A DNA stretch of 64,000 nt from Tricharina praecox. Lineage: Eukaryota. Shown piece after piece: positions 48,644-61,396 of this stretch. The stretch lies in contig NW_026250431.1 in NCBI RefSeq assembly GCF_024521635.1, forward strand, positions 434,001 through 498,000. Direction: 5' to 3'. A model generated the notes under the pieces. That model saw nothing but the letters and a program-made list of their open reading frames with translations. It did not search any database and was not told the origin of the DNA. Made by a program: the position numbers and the translations under genes. Position 1 is the first letter of the stretch, and the number at the start of each line of letters is the position of its first letter.

Positions 48644-49768
48644 TTACACACACGTAGAAAAAACAAGAAAACATTGTTGGCTTCTTACCACTGTTGCCGT
48701 CGCACTCTTTTAATGTCTTATGTCTTACTACCTTTACTTTACTCTTCGAGTGCTCGTTTATGAATACCCCTTGTGTGTGTCTCTTCGCTTTCGGAGTTGG
48801 TGCGTTGCTTTTCTGCGCGATAATGTTTGTAGTATGTAGTACGCATAACAGTTTGTTTGCGGGTGAATGTCTACCTTTATTGAGCAGTGTACTAAAGTCG
48901 TTCCCCTTATGTAGGCCTTAAATAGGCCTAAGAAACAAAACAGTCCACCCATAAGCCAGTTATGTATTTTCACGTTAAACTCGTGAAGCCTCCGTACATA
49001 AGGGCTAGGTATGTTAAAATAAGGCTGATGCTGAGGGTCTCATTTCCCTGAAACTGTCGTAACTCCGACATAATGCCTGTTCAGCGAAAACCACCATTGT
49101 ATAAATCGGACTTCTCACTTTGTAAGGATCATCGCTTTCGTTAGGCCTATGTAGTCATTGTTGAAATGCACAGCACGGCCGTACAATAATGACTGTAAAA
49201 CTGGTAGGTTTTAAATATTGTGAAGCATTGTGGGATGTGTCAGCCCGAGACAAAAAATCACCAGAGCGCCATACGCTCGATTTCTTCACATGTATGATAT
49301 ATGCGTTCAAAGAGCCGTATTTGAAATGCGAAAATCAGACTGCTTGACGCGGAAACTTCTCGTAGGTGGGGGAGTATTGGCTACTTGCAAAACGAATCCT
49401 AATACTCTACTATTCTTGAAGGCGACGAAGCCACAGCCGAATTTCAAATGCGGTCCCTGTCAGCCTTACGTTCTGACGGCATGTGGAAACGACAGAATCA
49501 TCGTGGTCAGGAACCGGATGATGGATCAGGCCGAAGTTCGAAATATTGTTGAGGTCACAGAATACCTACCTACCTGGTATACAAGACAGGACAGGACAGG
49601 TCTGCGTGGAGAACTCGGAGGGGGGGGGGGGGGGGGGGGTCATCAATTTTATTTCACATCTATGAGCCATTGTAGACTACAGCGAACACCAACTACACAA
49701 CCAACCCTGCTCCGTCCGCAAGACTAGCGATATGGCTCTCCCTATTGCCCTACTGGCCCGATCGGTGG

Positions 49769-50430
49769 TTACCAGTGACCACTCCTTCCCACCACCCTCC
49801 TCCACTCCTCCCACCTCCCCCCATTTTTCGGTTCATCTTCCTCCTCAGAAGTAGACTCATCTCCTCGTCCTTCCCCTTTATTCTCCCTAGCCCTTCTTCC
49901 CACATCGGTCGCCTCCAGAAAATCCAGAACTGCCGCTGTGCACCTCTCATCCACAAACAGATCTGCAATTCGGAAAAGATCTCGTCCACGCTTTGTTTCT
50001 AGTCGGACTGCTTTCCATAGTACTTTCTGTTGCTTCCGCCATGCGGTGCATACTTTAAACATATGTTCGCGTGTTTGACAGGCTCCAGGTTTAGAGTACC
50101 ACCAGCACCAGTCGTTCGATTGGCTTCCAGTTCGTTTCAGATATGGTGCAATCAGGACATGCCCAGTTTTCAGCTGGTAATAGCTGGATGCAGTAATCTT
50201 CTTCGCTTTCGATGCAACTGGGTCAGGCCGGGTTTTCCGCCACTTGCGGCACTTGACGTTGTATGTTGGGTTCGTTATGCGTGAGTACGCCCAATCATTC
50301 GCCTCCTTCCACTTCTTTTTTGCAATCTGTCTGAACAGATGGGCCAATGAGACGGGTGGCATGCGCCTTGAGCGGTTGCCAATGGTAAGCCATTCCACAC
50401 CGTGCTGGTGGGGCTCAACCGCCGGGAGGA
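49769..50430 (-). mobile_element. 5'-truncated Tad1-like non-LTR retrotransposon remnant (ORF2 C-terminal zinc-finger region)
   Basis: YYQLKTGH...CWWY...QTREHMFKVCTAW...AVLDFLEATDVGRR matches the degenerate CCHC tail of fungal LINE ORF2; no RT core in the window. Confidence 0.85.
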
Positions 50431-51104
50431 GGAGGAGGAGGAGGAGAGGGAGAAACGGCGTTTGCGGATATTGGCGGACATTCTTTTGCTGGGCTCTGTG
50501 AGTGAGTGAGTGAGGCGCAGTGGAGGTGGTGGAGGTGGGAGTGGGTGGCTGCTTACCTTTTCGGAGGTTGGTGTGTTTGAACTTGTGTGAAGGTGGGGAA
50601 GATGTGTAAGATTGGGGGTGAGCTCGCACTTTGGCATGGTGAAAAGGAGTAGGAGTTGTAGAGGGTTGAGGAATTGGGGTGCTCTGTCGTCGGTGAATAT
50701 CAACCAAGCGGTGAAGTAAAGCGTGAAAGCAAGCTAGCGACTCCAACACATACACACCTGCACAATCTATCACTCGTTAAACCCGTCTGCTTGGACATGA
50801 ATAGCGAAGAAGTCTGGAGCGAGACAAGGTCTGTCAAAATCGCCCTCATACAAGGTTGCTATAAGGTTGATGACTTTATCACATAGCTCTATAGTATGTA
50901 CTCGAGTAGTGGGCTCGACCCCAACAACCAACGAGCTTCAACCCCAACCGCTAGTGTCTTTACCCCATCGGGTACTTTTGTACCATATATGGCATCTCTT
51001 GAGCCTTGTACGACATCTCCACCAACAACCTTTACCTTTACCCGCTGCATACACATCCCACGCTCCATCCCACCCCCGGGTCGTCGCGCATAACAACCGC
51101 CATC

Positions 51105-52079
51105 ATGACTCGCCGCACCAGCCGCTTCGACCCGTTCTTCCAGCCGCTGTTCTACGTGCACGACCTGCACGACCGCATTTCGGCACTGGACACTCCGCAG
51201 TCCAAGGAGCTGTGCGAGCTCGCCGCCGACCTGCGCTGCTTCTTTGACGAGTTCGGCACTCGGGACGTCGAGTTCTCCACCAATCCTACGGGCCCTTCTC
51301 CTGCAGGTCCTGCGGACGAGGCTCCGTCCAAGATTGGGCTTTTGAACGATGCGATGAACGTGCTGAAGACTGCCGAGAACGAACAAGGTTCGCTGATAAG
51401 TCAGGTTTCGCACGATGCTGTGGCTTGTCTGGGTGATATGTACGAGTTGAGTCAGCACACGGTCTCCGCGGTCACGGCGGTGGTCCACTGCAATCACTGG
51501 GGGAGGGAGAAGGAAGACACCGACTTCCTCCAGGACCTCCTGCAGAAAGCGGAGACGAACCTTCTGCAGTACGTTCCCTTTTCTTTTGTATTGTGGGTTA
51601 GCCGAGCTAACCCCCCATCCAGCATCACGCGCGAGCAACTCGGGATCCTCTCCGTTTCCGACGCTGTTTCCCCGGCGCAGCGGTGGGTCGAGCCCGACTA
51701 CGAGGACGACGACTATTCGATGGACCCGTTCACGGGCGAGTTCACGGTGCGCTCCATGCCGCTCACCGTGTACGTGAAGTATGCACTCAAGGTCTCCGCC
51801 GAGGTCGTTAAGATGTTGCGTGAGGTGCTGGGTGCCTGCGTTTGCGATGGGAAAGCGCCGACGGCTACCGATGTACAGTATATAGCGGAAAAGACTGGGT
51901 TGCATCCGCATGTGGTTAGGGATTGGTGTGAGTACTAGGCCCTCACTCCCGTGACTGGAGAAGATAGCTGGTGTTGGGGCTAACGTGCTTGACGAGTAGT
52001 TGTAGCCCGTTGCGCGAATCCGACGGCGATAGACACGAGACGCAGGCTGGGGCCGGGATTCTCGGTGGTGTTTGTCTGA
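51105..52079 (+). CDS. Hypothetical protein with a divergent C-terminal homeodomain-like motif (exons 51105-51568, 51623-51927, 52000-52079)
   Basis: PTATDVQYIAEKTGLHPHVVRDW/FVAR after splicing gtgagt...gctaac...tag. Confidence 0.7.
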
Positions 52080-52405
52080 TGTACCTTACTCCGATATCAC
52101 TCGACGGGACTGGATAGGAGCTGTCGAGTCTGGGCGCTGGCTGGCTGGGAGGAGGGGAGGGCGGTGAGGGGAAAGAGACGGTCTGACGGCCATTTCTGTA
52201 CTGCCGAGGAAATTGATGGTGCAAAATACTCTGTCTAATATATACCTCCTTCGATCAATTTCATACTCCATCCATACCAACGTACACGAAAGACGAATAC
52301 ATATCACTACGTAAACACAAAGAGACAAGTTGCACGTGTACATATCTTGTCGAGGGCTGGTGCAAATTAAACGGCTAGAGAAGATCCTTCATACCTCCCC
52401 TAGTG

Positions 52406-52517
52406 TAGTGTTCGACATACAAGATGTGTAGTCCTCACCGTCCGCCCTGAACCCCGGACTGGACTGGACTGGACTGTATCTTGGCAGTCCGTCCGGACCG
52501 GACTATGTCGAAAATTG
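52406..52517. mobile_element. Possible hAT-type MITE remnant
   Basis: Imperfect 14-bp TIRs tagtgttcgacata / tatgtcgaaaattg; internal GGACT/AGTCC repeats; no target-site duplication seen. Confidence 0.4.
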
Positions 52518-54698
52518 ACTACCTATGTGCATCTCCAGAGCCTTGATAAACCTACAAAGCTCAGTACGTACCAACATCAATATCACACCCATCCCATTGA
52601 CACATGCCCCGTTGCACCACTGCAATCATCACACCCGGGAGTACATAGTAGATACTGAGTACATCCATTTTTCCGCCCCAGTACCAATTATCATCATGGG
52701 TACATCAGCGTTCCGTTCCGTCCTGCGCTGCCCCCTCCCCCCACCGAGTGTCAGAGTCGGGGGCACATTTCGTCCAATATTCTTCGACCACGCGCGCGCT
52801 GGAAGAACTCCTGTTGCGCGGAGGACCCTGTCGGAAACCCAACTTAACATAAGTCGCCTGGGAGGCGCACTAGACTATGCTCCCACCCCCCCTTGCGGAT
52901 GCGCTGCGTGTCTTTGTGCAGAAAACTGCAAAGACCTGACTGGACAGCGGAAACTGCTCTTACACCTCACCTCGTTGTTGATGCGGCCGTGAAATGTATT
53001 GATACTACCTATGTAAACGACAATGCACTATACAGACAGACATTGAAAAGAGATAGTGAAACTCCGATAGCGACGGTCGACCAGAACTAGGCTCTTGGTG
53101 TCGAGGCTATAAATCCTGTTATTCGTTGGTGGCGCTTCACCGCCGATCACTCTGTCGGCTACCGCCGTGGCGCTGCCGGTGCCGAAAACACTCGTTCCAT
53201 GCGGGACGCCGCATCGGACTAGCCGTCACCGGGGCTTTCACCTCGACTGGCTAGGGCGGGTAGGAAAAGGAGTTCGTTGGTTCGCCATAGTCTAGATAGG
53301 CTGCATGCGAAATAAAAAGGAAGATTTCTCTCTCACTCGTTCCATGCCACAGATATCCGCCCCAGCTCTAGGAGCTCGTAGATCGCCGGTAGCTCCTGGA
53401 CGTACTTGGTCGCGCTTTCACTCACACGCCACGAGAAGGTTCTTGTAGGACGTCTTGGGCAAATCTTGCTTGAGTGGCGATCACAGGTGACAGGTGGTGG
53501 TGGGGTAGATTGGATCTTCGGGGGTTTATTTTTATGTAGCGGACGGCCCAGGAGTCTCGAGAATCCAATCATGTCGAGTCCCTGGAGGGAGTGAACATCA
53601 TACGTGCAGTAATATTGAACAAGAGCGATGGTAAATTCACAATTCGAGTGCAAGACCAAACACATGTCCATAAAAGTACATACAGGCGTCGAAATCCAAT
53701 CAATTCTGGGTTCAGTGCTGGACACCATCACAGCCAATCCTCGCAAACTTTAAAGGTCAGCCCATCGCACCCGGCTCATCTTCGCGATCGCCATGGTTTC
53801 CTTCAGGTATCTCTACAATATGGTCTCTACTGTCGAGCATATGGGTGCGAGGTCGCATAGATTCTCCAGATTCTCCATCACATCTTGTGCGTAAACCAAG
53901 ATTTAGAATTGACTCACACTTTGGATTTACAGTTGTTATCTTCAAACCTGTTGAGGGCAACCAGTAGAATATGCCAGACTTCGACGGTTACCGCACGGAC
54001 CACCTGGAGAGAAACGCACGGACCACCTTGTAATACCAAGACATTCAGAAGTATAAAGCCATCCTCATTCCTTCCCTCTAAAGATTTTATTTCTACTTCC
54101 TTAACATTCACAACTCCCAATCATAACCACCACTAATTCATATCTTCCTCTTCTATTACATCGACTCACAAGTTTCTCCACCATACCATTTTGTGGTGTG
54201 TACTTCACTGGTTAGTACCCTCGTCCACCATAAAGTTGTATAGAGTTTCAAAGTGCTGACTTACCGCCGCGATGGTAATGATAGCTTCGATAGACGCAAA
54301 CATAGTTTGCCATCCTCATCGACAGCAGTGAATTTCCCCAGCCAACCCGGCACCCCGGTGCCTGGCCTCCCAAGCGGCACAGTCACGGAGGGGCTACTGG
54401 CCGCGCCAGCGGGCTATGCACAAAGTTTGTCTCGAGGTATGTTTGCTGCATCGTTACTCACAACATATCAATAGCTCGAAGCTGAGTGGTGAATAGAGAG
54501 GTTAGAAAACTCACTTCCTCACCCTGCATCCCCGAGTTCCAATGGGAATATCTCACTTCCAGTTACTCAAGTGATCTGTGGGAGATCAGCTAAAAACACT
54601 CCGCACAAGACTCGCCACGAATCATCCTCCGCAAAAACTCCGTACAAGAATCCCCCGACCAATCTTCGACAAGCAAGAAACATGCACCACATTAAGAT

Positions 54699-55730
54699 GC
54701 CGCCTGGGGAGCTGCACGATGGAGGCTCACCTGTTAGCAGGCAGCCGAAGTCGTGCAGCTTTCCTGGGCCACTCCACCACGGTGGAGTGGCCTATCGGCC
54801 GGCGGGCATTTGCCCGCCTAAGCCGCTTCACTTTTGTGGAGTCGGCGATTGGCCGACGGGCGGGGGGCAACTCCACCGTGGTGGAGTTGCGCTGGTATCA
54901 GGCAGCGGCAAGGAGCGTGAGCTGGAGATCACCAAATTGCCACAATCCGTATCGATTGCAGTGTGGTGGTGGGGATGGCTTGGGAAAGTAAGAATATTCC
55001 CAACCTGAAGTGGCGTACTGTTATTGTTACTGGACACTGCTGACCTGTTAGGAATGTCATCGTTCTGTGGAAAACTCGGGGACTGGGACACGGGGATTAT
55101 ATGCACGCATTTCAGCGTGTAATAATGCCGATTACAGTTGAGTTCGACCGAGGCCGGCTCTAGGGCGCCGCCTGGGGAATTGCACGGTGGCGGTGTCGTC
55201 TGCCAGCAGGCAGTCCACGTCGTCCATCGGTGTGTACACCGCCAGTTCTTACACTGGCGGTGTATGCGCTCGGCGGACCCGTGTCCCAGCAGTTAGTTGA
55301 CGAGCTCCCGGCCCGGGCCGGATGAACCAGACACACGTACCGATACCATCACAGCATATCGACAACGGATAGGCGTCTGATTTCAATGGTTGTAGTAATG
55401 TTCCCCACAAGGCAATAGCTGCTAACGTGCGAAGATGTGGTTCGACACTACCAAGCCAAAATGTTGTGGGATAGTCACGACATGTCACTCGTGACATTAT
55501 TCCGAGACTTGGAAGGCTCCGAGTGAAACCTCGGCTCCTTCGCCAATATTTGGCAATGGAGAGCCGCCTGGGGAGCTGCAAGATGGAGGCTCGCCTGCTG
55601 GTAGGTAACTGAAGTCGTGCAACTTGTCTGGGCCACTCCACCACGGTGGAGTGGCCTATCGGCCGGCGGGCGTTTGCCCTCCTAAGCCTCTCCACAATTG
55701 TGGAGTCGGCGATTGGCCGGCGGGCGGGTG
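54699..55730. repeat. Three copies of a hairpin-rich element (54699-54890, 55167-55264 partial, 55563-55730)
   Basis: Shared start gccgcctgggga; perfect stems such as ggccactccacc-ac-ggtggagtggcc. Confidence 0.85.
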
Positions 55731-57103
55731 GGTAGCTTCGATTTGCCTACCAGGTGTTAGCCACGTGAGTTTCCGCAATACTGTTAACCTTGTACACGAC
55801 TGACATTAAATTTAGTCGAGGTGGCAGAAATTGAGAAGAGGCAGACGGTGATTTTTTACATACACGACCTGTATGTCAAAAACCGATCGGGATCACCATT
55901 CCCACACCTACAGAGTTTCTGGAGGCCACCTATGTGGCACAGAATGCCGACAAAGCGCAGTGGCAGGAAGTCATTTTGGGTCTACTACGGAGGGGAGGGA
56001 TGAATCGGTGGGGATGGAAGAAGAGATTGCGGAGGTGTTATTGTTGTTGTTCGCCTTAGTCTTAACATGCTTATGTATAGACGCGAAATAAAATTGATAC
56101 CTGAGTTCTAACAAACCCGCCTGACGAATCCGGCGACGAGGAGAGACGTGTTGTGAGCCGGCGTGATAGATGTGTGTCAGACTCATGAGCCGCTGGCCGT
56201 GCTGGTGTGGTATTTAGAGCTCTTCGAAGAATAGGTACATCGCTGTGTTGTTAGAACCGCCGCATTTCAGCGCGGGCGTGTTCATAAATTAGCCCGAATA
56301 GCTCTCGCAACGAGCTATCCTCGGACGAGTGGTCAGGAACTCAGGTACGTGTGCAGCTTCTACATCTCCGGCGAACCAGCGCGGATTATCGGACGAATAA
56401 CGAGTTGAACTTCTGATCCCGCCACCAGAGTTCAAGATCTGGCGACGTTTCCGGGGATTTTAACTAATTCACATGATGGGATTCGCTCTCCCGACTTGGA
56501 ACAATACCCAGGGTAATAGATGCATTGGTTATACCGTACTTACTTTCCTCACGGCGGGTGAGACCCCTTGGGTTAAGCCAGCAGAACTCGGGGAAAACGC
56601 TTGGATTTCATTGGTGTTCTCCATACTCGACACACCAAGGTCCTCGATTATCCACTGCTTAGTATTTTACTGTAATCGCACCCAACTCCAGGCACGGTAG
56701 TCCCATTCCATTGCCCACCTCGTCGGCGCAAAGTTGAGTATCATACTAACATCCAACACATACACTAATCGCTCCATAAGCTCTCCTACTGCTCGAACAG
56801 CGAAGGCTGGATTGCGCTGCCATTCCTTGGCTTTCCATGATGACCGTCGTCGTCGCGATTGTTGGCCGTAGCCTGTCGAAGGTAGTCGGTCATATTGATC
56901 GAACCCTGTCCCCGCTGGCAACAGCGGTCGTATCTTGACTTGACTGCGGGATTCATCATGAACGCGCCCTCGAGCGGTGCATATACCTGCGGATCATTGC
57001 TCGAAGATTGATCCTCACCTCACCGGTTCTGCAACGTCGATCCTCACCATACCGCCTCGTACCATATCATCACACGACCACCACCACCGACCAACCCCTA
57101 ACA

Positions 57104-57466
57104 ATGACCAACACACCCCCACCCTCCCAGGAGTCCATTACCTTCGCCAGCGTCTCGCAATACCTCGACCACGTTGAGACCACGCACACCACGGACTCCA
57201 CGGACACAGTCCTACTTCCGTACCTGCTCTCACTACTACAAGACGAGATGGCGAGCGTGCCGTTGGACCAGAGACTGCGAGGGCTAGTACACTGGCTACT
57301 GACGCTGCGGTACCGGCTGATGGACATGGCATTCCCGAACGGCACGGCCACGCAGCGCGAGTTCTATGACTGCGTGCAGTGGCACGTTGACGATGCGTGG
57401 ACTGAGTTTCGCCAGTTGTTGCACACGGAGCGCGTGCAGCGGGAGGATGTCCTCGGAGGAGGGTAG
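57104..57466 (+). CDS. Small hypothetical helical protein, 120 aa
   Basis: ATG in acaATG context, protein-like composition; no family recognised. Confidence 0.5.
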   Translation: MTNTPPPSQESITFASVSQYLDHVETTHTTDSTDTVLLPYLLSLLQDEMASVPLDQRLRGLVHWLLTLRYRLMDMAFPNGTATQREFYDCVQWHVDDAWTEFRQLLHTERVQREDVLGGG

Positions 57467-58057
57467 GGCGGTTGTGTAGGTACTCTCCGGGGGGTGAGGG
57501 GGAGGGGGGGTGGGTGGAATACCTAGGCACTGGAGATTTCCGGCTGGGTGTGCTTCAAGTCGCTGTTTCGTGGTAGATAATCCTGAAGTACTTCGCACAC
57601 TCCCACTCGCGAATAGTAGGTGCAGCTTGTTGAAAGCGAAGTACCCAGATTGTGGGAACCGATGGGATGATGTGTTAGGTATGTAGATATGAGAAAAGAC
57701 GCAGTGGCTTGAGAGAATAGCGAGTTCGGTCTGAAACATCGTAGCATGAAAAAAGCAATGAAACTAGCTGAGCTAGAGAGCCAGTCAGCCCACTGAAAAC
57801 AAGCCATTCCCGGCCGGCACCACCGAACCACACACAGTAAACCCTGTGGGAATAACCTGGTAGGAATCACAGTAGCAACTCGCCATTGCAACCCGTGGCC
57901 CATCCCCATTGCTCGACCAACGAAGTTACCTACCTCCTCGCCCGCGCCCTCAATATACCCACGCTGTTACTCTCGCTGTTGCCCAGCCCTCAGCCACTAG
58001 CATCTCCACCATCCAACCCCATCACTGTATCCACCACCACCAGCACCGCACCAGGCC

Positions 58058-58648
58058 ATGTCATCGACCGACCATCTACATCTGCCACACGAACTGGTCC
58101 GGCAGATATTCTAATCGATCCCCACATCGCGCGACCAGCTCGCATTCCTACGGACGTGCCGAACCTACGATGACCTTCTCATCGCGGATCTATACAAGTC
58201 ATCACTCACGCGGTATCCCACCCACAGAAATCACGCGGCTCTGTACAACGTATTCTGGCACGATAATATCTACGCACTCACGCGCTTCCTCTCCGCGGGC
58301 CTGTCCGTCAACGGTTGGAACTTTCGGCGCCAGCTTCCCCTAATCTGGACAGCCTGCAACCGGCTGGCCGCCGACTTGATTCTTGTTGCCAACGGCGCGG
58401 ACGTCCACGCCACCACTTCCGGCCGCACCCTGCTGCACCAGGTGTTCGACGCGAGCGACCTGGTACTTGAGTGTGACCTCACAGAACCCTACAGAAAGGC
58501 CCTGAGAATCGTAGAGTTCCTCCTGGGAATGCACGTCGACGTACATAAGATTGACGAACGTGGCCGCACGGCCATGGATGGTGCGCTCAATGGTTGCGTA
58601 CCCTGTTTCAACGCGCTGATCAAGGCAGGCGCGGTGCCATGGCTGTAG
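58058..58648 (+). pseudogene. F-box plus ankyrin-repeat gene with in-frame TAA at codon 19 (58112-58114)
   Basis: MSSTDHLHLPHELVRQIF*SIPTSRDQLAFLRTCR (F-box); NGADVHATTSGRTLLH and VDVHKIDERGRTAMDGA (ankyrin); single frame throughout. Confidence 0.8.
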
Positions 58649-61102
58649 AGGTTTAGTGCGCGGAGGACGTGAATCGACTCATCGAGCGGATGGGTGTTGG
58701 TGGTGCGAAGGGGTGCGAAGGGTGCGAAGGGGTGCGAAGGGGAACGAAGGAGCGGCTATGTAGCTAGCAACGGCTCGGAAGGATGGTGGGAACTGCACTA
58801 CAGTAACGTGTCGACTTTCGTTTCGGTGCATTTTTATGAGGACGGGTCTTTGTTGAGTGTTTTATTACGATAAGTAGGACTTGGTGTGTTTTTGTAACTA
58901 CCTCGTGATTTAACTGGTGGTTCTTCACAGCTTTGTTGGAGAAGCTTCTTCAATACAGTTGAAAGCGATCGCTACGGCATCCTGACTCGTAAACTCTTGT
59001 CTTATCGTATCAAGTTTTAAGCCACGCGAGTGCCCGATAAGATCCCACGCCCGTCGGCCGCTGTCAAACTTTAAAAGGGCGCTACCGAGAGAACAATAGA
59101 ATGAGTATTATCTTCCGCGCACGGACCACCGCTGGAAGTACTTGTTCCCCCTCCCTTCCACCTGCTTCCTCTTCTTCTCCATCCTCATCCTCACCTCTAC
59201 CTTCCTCTTCCCTCCTCATCTCTACAAATCTTTCCTTCAAGCTAAAATCTTCCTCATCCCCTCTACTTTCTCTCGAATCAACCAACATTACACGCAACCA
59301 TTGCGATGAATACCCAGACATGGTAGAGATCCGGCGACCCCCGATGACTTCATTGGGCCGCCTTTCTCGGCCGGGTTGAGAACTGAGCATTCTCGCCTAC
59401 CTATCCTGCTCCCCCCTTACAAAACCTTCCCGCATAAACATGGGGTGCAAGTACGTATTATAATCTCCAATCATCCAGGCATCTACATTGACTGACTGTT
59501 CTGCTTTCACTCAGGGGGACTCGGTCATGACTACATCAATCGCAAGCTCAGCTTTGTGTCCGCTGCCTGTCTTTGTTTACGGATATGTGACAGCGTTCCC
59601 CTCCCTGCCCATGTGGCAGCGACATTGGCGGGCTTTTTTCGTCAACGACAATCATCGAACACGAAAAAAGCCTGCCAATGCATTACAGCAGCATACACTA
59701 CATATTTCTTTTTAGAACAATGTGAGTTTTCCCTAATGCTCCACAAGACTTTGAAGCCAGATCTAGATGTATCACGAGCAGAAGCTGAAGAATGGTCACT
59801 TTAGGGAATAAACTTCCATCCTCATCCATTAAATCCCGCTCCTTCGCCTCCTCGGAATTATTTCCATCAGCTCTAAGCAGCTCTATGCAGCTCTCGGCCG
59901 GTCTTTCCTGTGCAGCATCTCAACCTCCAAACAACTACAAACCAAGACCAAATCGGCCGAAATACAACTATTACCTACAAAAGCCAACGAAGAATCGACC
60001 GAACTACCAATATTTCCTCAGACCTACCAAGCATCCAATCAACTTCAAACACCTGAGACATAATGCACACGACGACTAAGAAGGAGAGGATCGGCGAGCG
60101 GTTTCACCTTCTCCCCATTCCCCGCGGGGGGTAGATGCTGGCTAAGAAGAACAGCCTATCACAAAGCAGAAGAGAACCGACGAGCGGTGGCTGAGAAGAA
60201 GACAAACGTTGAGCGGTCCGAAACCCTCGAAACCACAGCGGCGGATGTATGCTGGTGGACAAGAAGAGGAGGACCTAAAACCGGTATAAACTCCCCACAA
60301 CCCCGCGAGGGGATCGATGCTGGTGGACAAGAAGAAGAGAACCGACGAGCAGATTAAACATCCTGCTAAATCCCCGAGGGGATAGATGCAACCTGTTTTT
60401 GTTTTCTTTTTTTGCTTTCTTGTTTTTGCCTTTTTTTTCATTTTTTTTTCATGGTGGGTCCAGATGAGAGTGAATGGGTGCAGCGACGAAGTGGAGGTTT
60501 TGGTCACCGCTGAAACTGCACGCAACGATTTGTGTCGATTCGACATCTATCTGACAATCTTCAAAATTTGATACTCAATGAAAACTGCTCTTCTTCACCG
60601 ACCAACCAATCTATGTATCTATACTCTAATCGCAGAAACTCTGTCATAAAGCAACCCGCATTTCGTTGCCACTCGTCACGTCTATTCGAACATCTCAAAC
60701 CCGACCTTTCCTGTCAGTTCCACGGGAACAGAGAAAGCTGTATCGCCGACGGCCACTGCCTACCAAAGCAGGAGAAAGAAAACAAAACAAAAAAGAAAAC
60801 GAAACCGCGATTCCAATATTACCCTCCTCTCACGCAATCCATATTTACACTTTACACATGACCCCCACCCAATGCATCCATCTCTATAAAAACAAAACAA
60901 AACGAAATCCAGACTGACCCAAAAAAACGATGGAACAAACACAAGTCGTGCTCCCTTTGTTTGCTACGACTACCGATTATCTTCACGAAATACCGCCTTC
61001 ACAACCACATCCGCTTCTGCCAGTATTTCTCTCTGGTAAGTGTTCGATAGATGGAACGCATCAACTCCGCCATTACGAAGCAATACAGGGAGGAAGGGAC
61101 GG

Positions 61103-61363
61103 CTATGTACCCACCCTTTCCTCGTATCCAGATTCATCCACCGTGTCCTCTGATACAGACTCGTCCCCGGGATCACCATCGGACCCGTATCCCAACTCCA
61201 TGTCCTCGTATCCGGACTCGCCCCCCGGGTCCTCGCAGTCATATCCACCGTCTTCTGCAACCTCGATATGCTCGAAATCGAATTCACAGTCGACAAGGTG
61301 GAAGTATGATCCATACTCGAAACCATCGAGATCGGGATCATCGGGATCATGCTCGAACTGGAA

Positions 61364-61396
<33 letters not shown>

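Noticed and set aside
59300..60385. Intron-like signals and short repeats suggesting a gene
   Set aside because: Multiple stops; no coherent gene model
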